In this document: piece after piece, positions 61,001 to 64,000 of the stretch | Layout of the letters: each line of letters opens with the position of its first letter | Numbering within the stretch: the stretch's first letter is position 1 | Assembly: GCA_002269645.1 (NCBI GenBank) | Contig: NIVC01001275.1 | Coordinates: forward strand, 124,001 to 188,000 | DNA: 64,000 nucleotides | DNA from: Macrostomum lignano | Taxonomy: Eukaryota | Reading direction: 5' to 3' | Notes under the pieces: generated by a model | What the model was told of the DNA's origin: nothing | Database searches by the model: none | The model's input: only the letters and a program-made list of their open reading frames with translations | Position numbers and translations under genes: made by a program

Positions 61001-64000
61001 ACCTTATATATGCAAGCCCCCTCTTGCTTTTGTTCAGTCAAGGAGTTTGGATGCAGCCAAAATTGTCATTTGATGATGACGACTTTAACAAATCTGGAAG
61101 ACTTAAACATTTAAATATGACAACTTTGACCAAAAGCAAGGGTGTATTAATTTAGGATTTTCCTACTTTCAGGCAAAAATCCCTTGCATGCACCCATAAT
61201 TTTTATATTAACTGTGTCAATTAATGCTGATTACTACATGACTACTGAGACTAATATATAATAAACAGTAGAGAGATGAGAAATATCAAAATTAATTTAT
61301 GCAAAGAGAACTGCCTGTAGTAGCAAGGAATGCATGTTTTCTGAACAGTGAGTGACACAGTCGTGCACACTGTGTACACTTAGTTTGACGTTCAATTTCT
61401 TAAGCTACCACCCCTGATTCTGCCTTTTGACCACTAGACAAGAATTGTGTACATTTGGTTTAACTTTCAATCTCAATCTATAATTCTCTTTCCTACCTAC
61501 TATACCTATGTATGTTGTTAAAGCCAAGTTGTAATCAATTGTTTTCAATCTTACCCTCCTTACCTGTGTACGTTACAAAAACCAATATTTAATCAATTGC
61601 ATTCAATCTCAATTTCTCAAATCGTTCTAATAAAATCCTGACGATGCACCATGGCGTGCAAAACGCATTGAAGTTGTTAGAAATTGCAATCATATTCAAA
61701 TGTTGATATTAAGCTTTCTATTTATTCTTCAATGCATGTTTAAAGTTACACTTCATTTGTTGATATATATGTAAGTAGGCCCTATCAATTATTGGCCAAT
61801 GAAGTAAAAACACAAAGATAAAAATGAACTACACTGTATAGCTGACATTTTATAAGGCTAGCCCTAGGCACAATGATGCAATAAAATTAGTTCAAAGTTA
61901 AGTTAAAAGCAAATTTCATATTTCGATTTCAATAGATAAAAATTTGGTCTAGGGCCTATAAAGGCTCATTTAACTTGATTCCTTTATATTTGACTGTATG
62001 ATTTTGATGGCTCATTTGATGGTAGTTTGAATTATACATGCGCAACTGCTGGCCAACTTGGCCAATCTGGCCACCGTAAATTGTGGTGGACCAGGGGTAA
62101 GTCGCAAAAATGTCCAACTTAAAGAATTCAGACATATTAGATGATGAGGCATTTATCTCTTATAAGACAGTTATAGTTACTCCTGCTGTTTACCCAAAAT
62201 TCCATTAGGGTTTTTTTATAGGTAAGTTGCATTTTTGGTCAAAAAGTAAGTCACATGGCCAGTGTAAATCAGGGGGGTTGCGCATGCATGGTTTGAATAA
62301 AAAAGCCTTAAGTTATACCACTGTAAATCATTTTAATTTGTTGGCAAACAAGAACATGTTGCCATATGAGCTAAGATCCTTGCGCAGCCAATGCAACAAT
62401 ATGACAATTTAGTAAATGCAGCATGGTCCAATACTGAGATGATGACAATTTAGATAATTTAGTTGTTTTTCTCATAAGCCACAGATGACGATCTCGAATA
62501 TGATGACTTTGGCTGGAACTAGGAGTTTTTAGCCTCTCATTAATCAGTTTCTCTAACTTTCTAAGACTAAGTCTAAGTTCATAGTCTAAGTTTAGTAACT
62601 TCTAACTTAACCCAAAGTCTAAGTATGCTTGACTCTGACTGCGTTTGTTATCTAACTGAATCAAATGATAAATCAAGTGCTTAATGCTTGAAAATGAACA
62701 AAATAGTATGAAAATTGTGTTTAATTTTGATTGCAATTGTACAAACAAAGAGCAGCCATAACTAGGCCTAATAAGTGAAGTATCAATGTATCAACATTTG
62801 AAGTGGAATTGAACATTTTTCTATTGCCAGATTGTCAACAATCCAAAAAGTCTGATTTGCACAGAAATTTAGGGTCTTGTACATTATTTGCACATTTGTG
62901 CAGAAAATTCGAATTTTGCACAGCTGTGGCAGCACCTAGTGTTTATGTTTTAATAATTTTGCAATGATATTCATGCCATGGGACAACACATTAGCAGGAC
63001 ACTACACTAGGGCTAGACTAGGCCTACACCTATGTTGGGATGAGAGCCTTCTCTGTAGTGTAGGGACTGTAGAGGTGAGAAATTAGAAGTAGGCCTACAT
63101 AGTAGAGTTCTTTTTAGTTGTTCCTCCTGAAAAAAAAATGGAAGGATATGTGTGCAAGTTTTGAAAACTTGCAAAACCTCTGAAACAATGGCTCTTGCTT
63201 TTCTTTTCTATGGCTAAAGGCTAAAGGCCTAAAGCTAGACCTAAACCAAGTCCAAGCCAACAGCCAAGCCAGGTACGAAAAGAAAAGTACCTCCCTGAAT
63301 AAAGGAGTTTAATCTCAATTTAAGTACAGATTTGTCAGAGTTAAAACACCCACAATACAGTAGACATCAGATGGACTACTTACTGAATATAAAAACCAAT
63401 AGAAAAATCCTAAGTCGCGCGTTGCAAACGAAATTCAGCTAAAATAGTAAGTTAAAAAAGTTTCTGCAAGATGTTCAATTAAACAAACATTTTTGATGTA
63501 GTACCAAAGGAAGAAACAAATTTGTATAGCTCTTGCTATATAGCTTAAGTATAAATTTTTAGCTAGTATCTTGGAAGTATCGGATTTATTCAGATAAATT
63601 TAGATAAAGAAATAAACAATGTACAATGATCAGATTAATAAGAGTGCTTGTATTATGGAAAACTGAAGTAAGACGCTACGCTCGCCAACCGTTGACTCTA
63701 TTTCCATCGATATAGGCTCCAGCTAGGACTACTCAAACACAGCTGAGCTGGCCAATTAAATTTGTTGCATGTCGATCTGGGCCAAATTGACCGCAGTTTT
63801 CGGCCAAATCGGTTGCAGTTTTAGTTTTACACTGTCTATGGCCTCTCCTCTCAGCTCAGCTGGGTGAGCCGACTCGCGAAAGCGAAGGATTTTCTATTTT
63901 CTAAATTGATCGCAGTTTTGGCCAACTATAGATTGCAAAAAGGTACAATGTACATGTAATATGAAGAAATTTCAGAGCTACCAAATAATTTAGTTAATTT

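Overview
Eukaryotic (metazoan) genomic DNA with GT-AG introns, GC-rich exons and minisatellite-filled introns. It resembles a Macrostomum-type flatworm, but that is inference from composition only. The supplied ORF track ignores splicing and allows non-ATG starts, so I rebuilt gene models by hand from splice sites and phase. Host genes: 3' exons of an ionotropic glutamate receptor (+), a biogenic-amine GPCR with an uninterrupted CDS (-), a complete 10-exon SERCA Ca2+-ATPase (-, 1020 aa), a 2-exon neuromedin-U/PRXamide-type GPCR (+), a 3-exon type II membrane protein with TNF-like features and a GC-AG intron (-, 199 aa), and 5-exon splicing factor SF1 (-, 540 aa). The centre is a transposon nest. 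A young, intact 10.3-kb Ty3/Gypsy element (39050-49364, TSD ATTT, tRNA-Gln PBS) sits inside a TIR element, next to a diverged solo LTR of the same family. Most notable: the Gypsy polyprotein carries a cold-shock domain directly after the Gag CCHC knuckle (Lin28-like domain pair in reverse order), and its 3' non-coding region holds three antisense Tudor-domain-like fragments. All domain calls come from motif recognition by eye; no searches were run.
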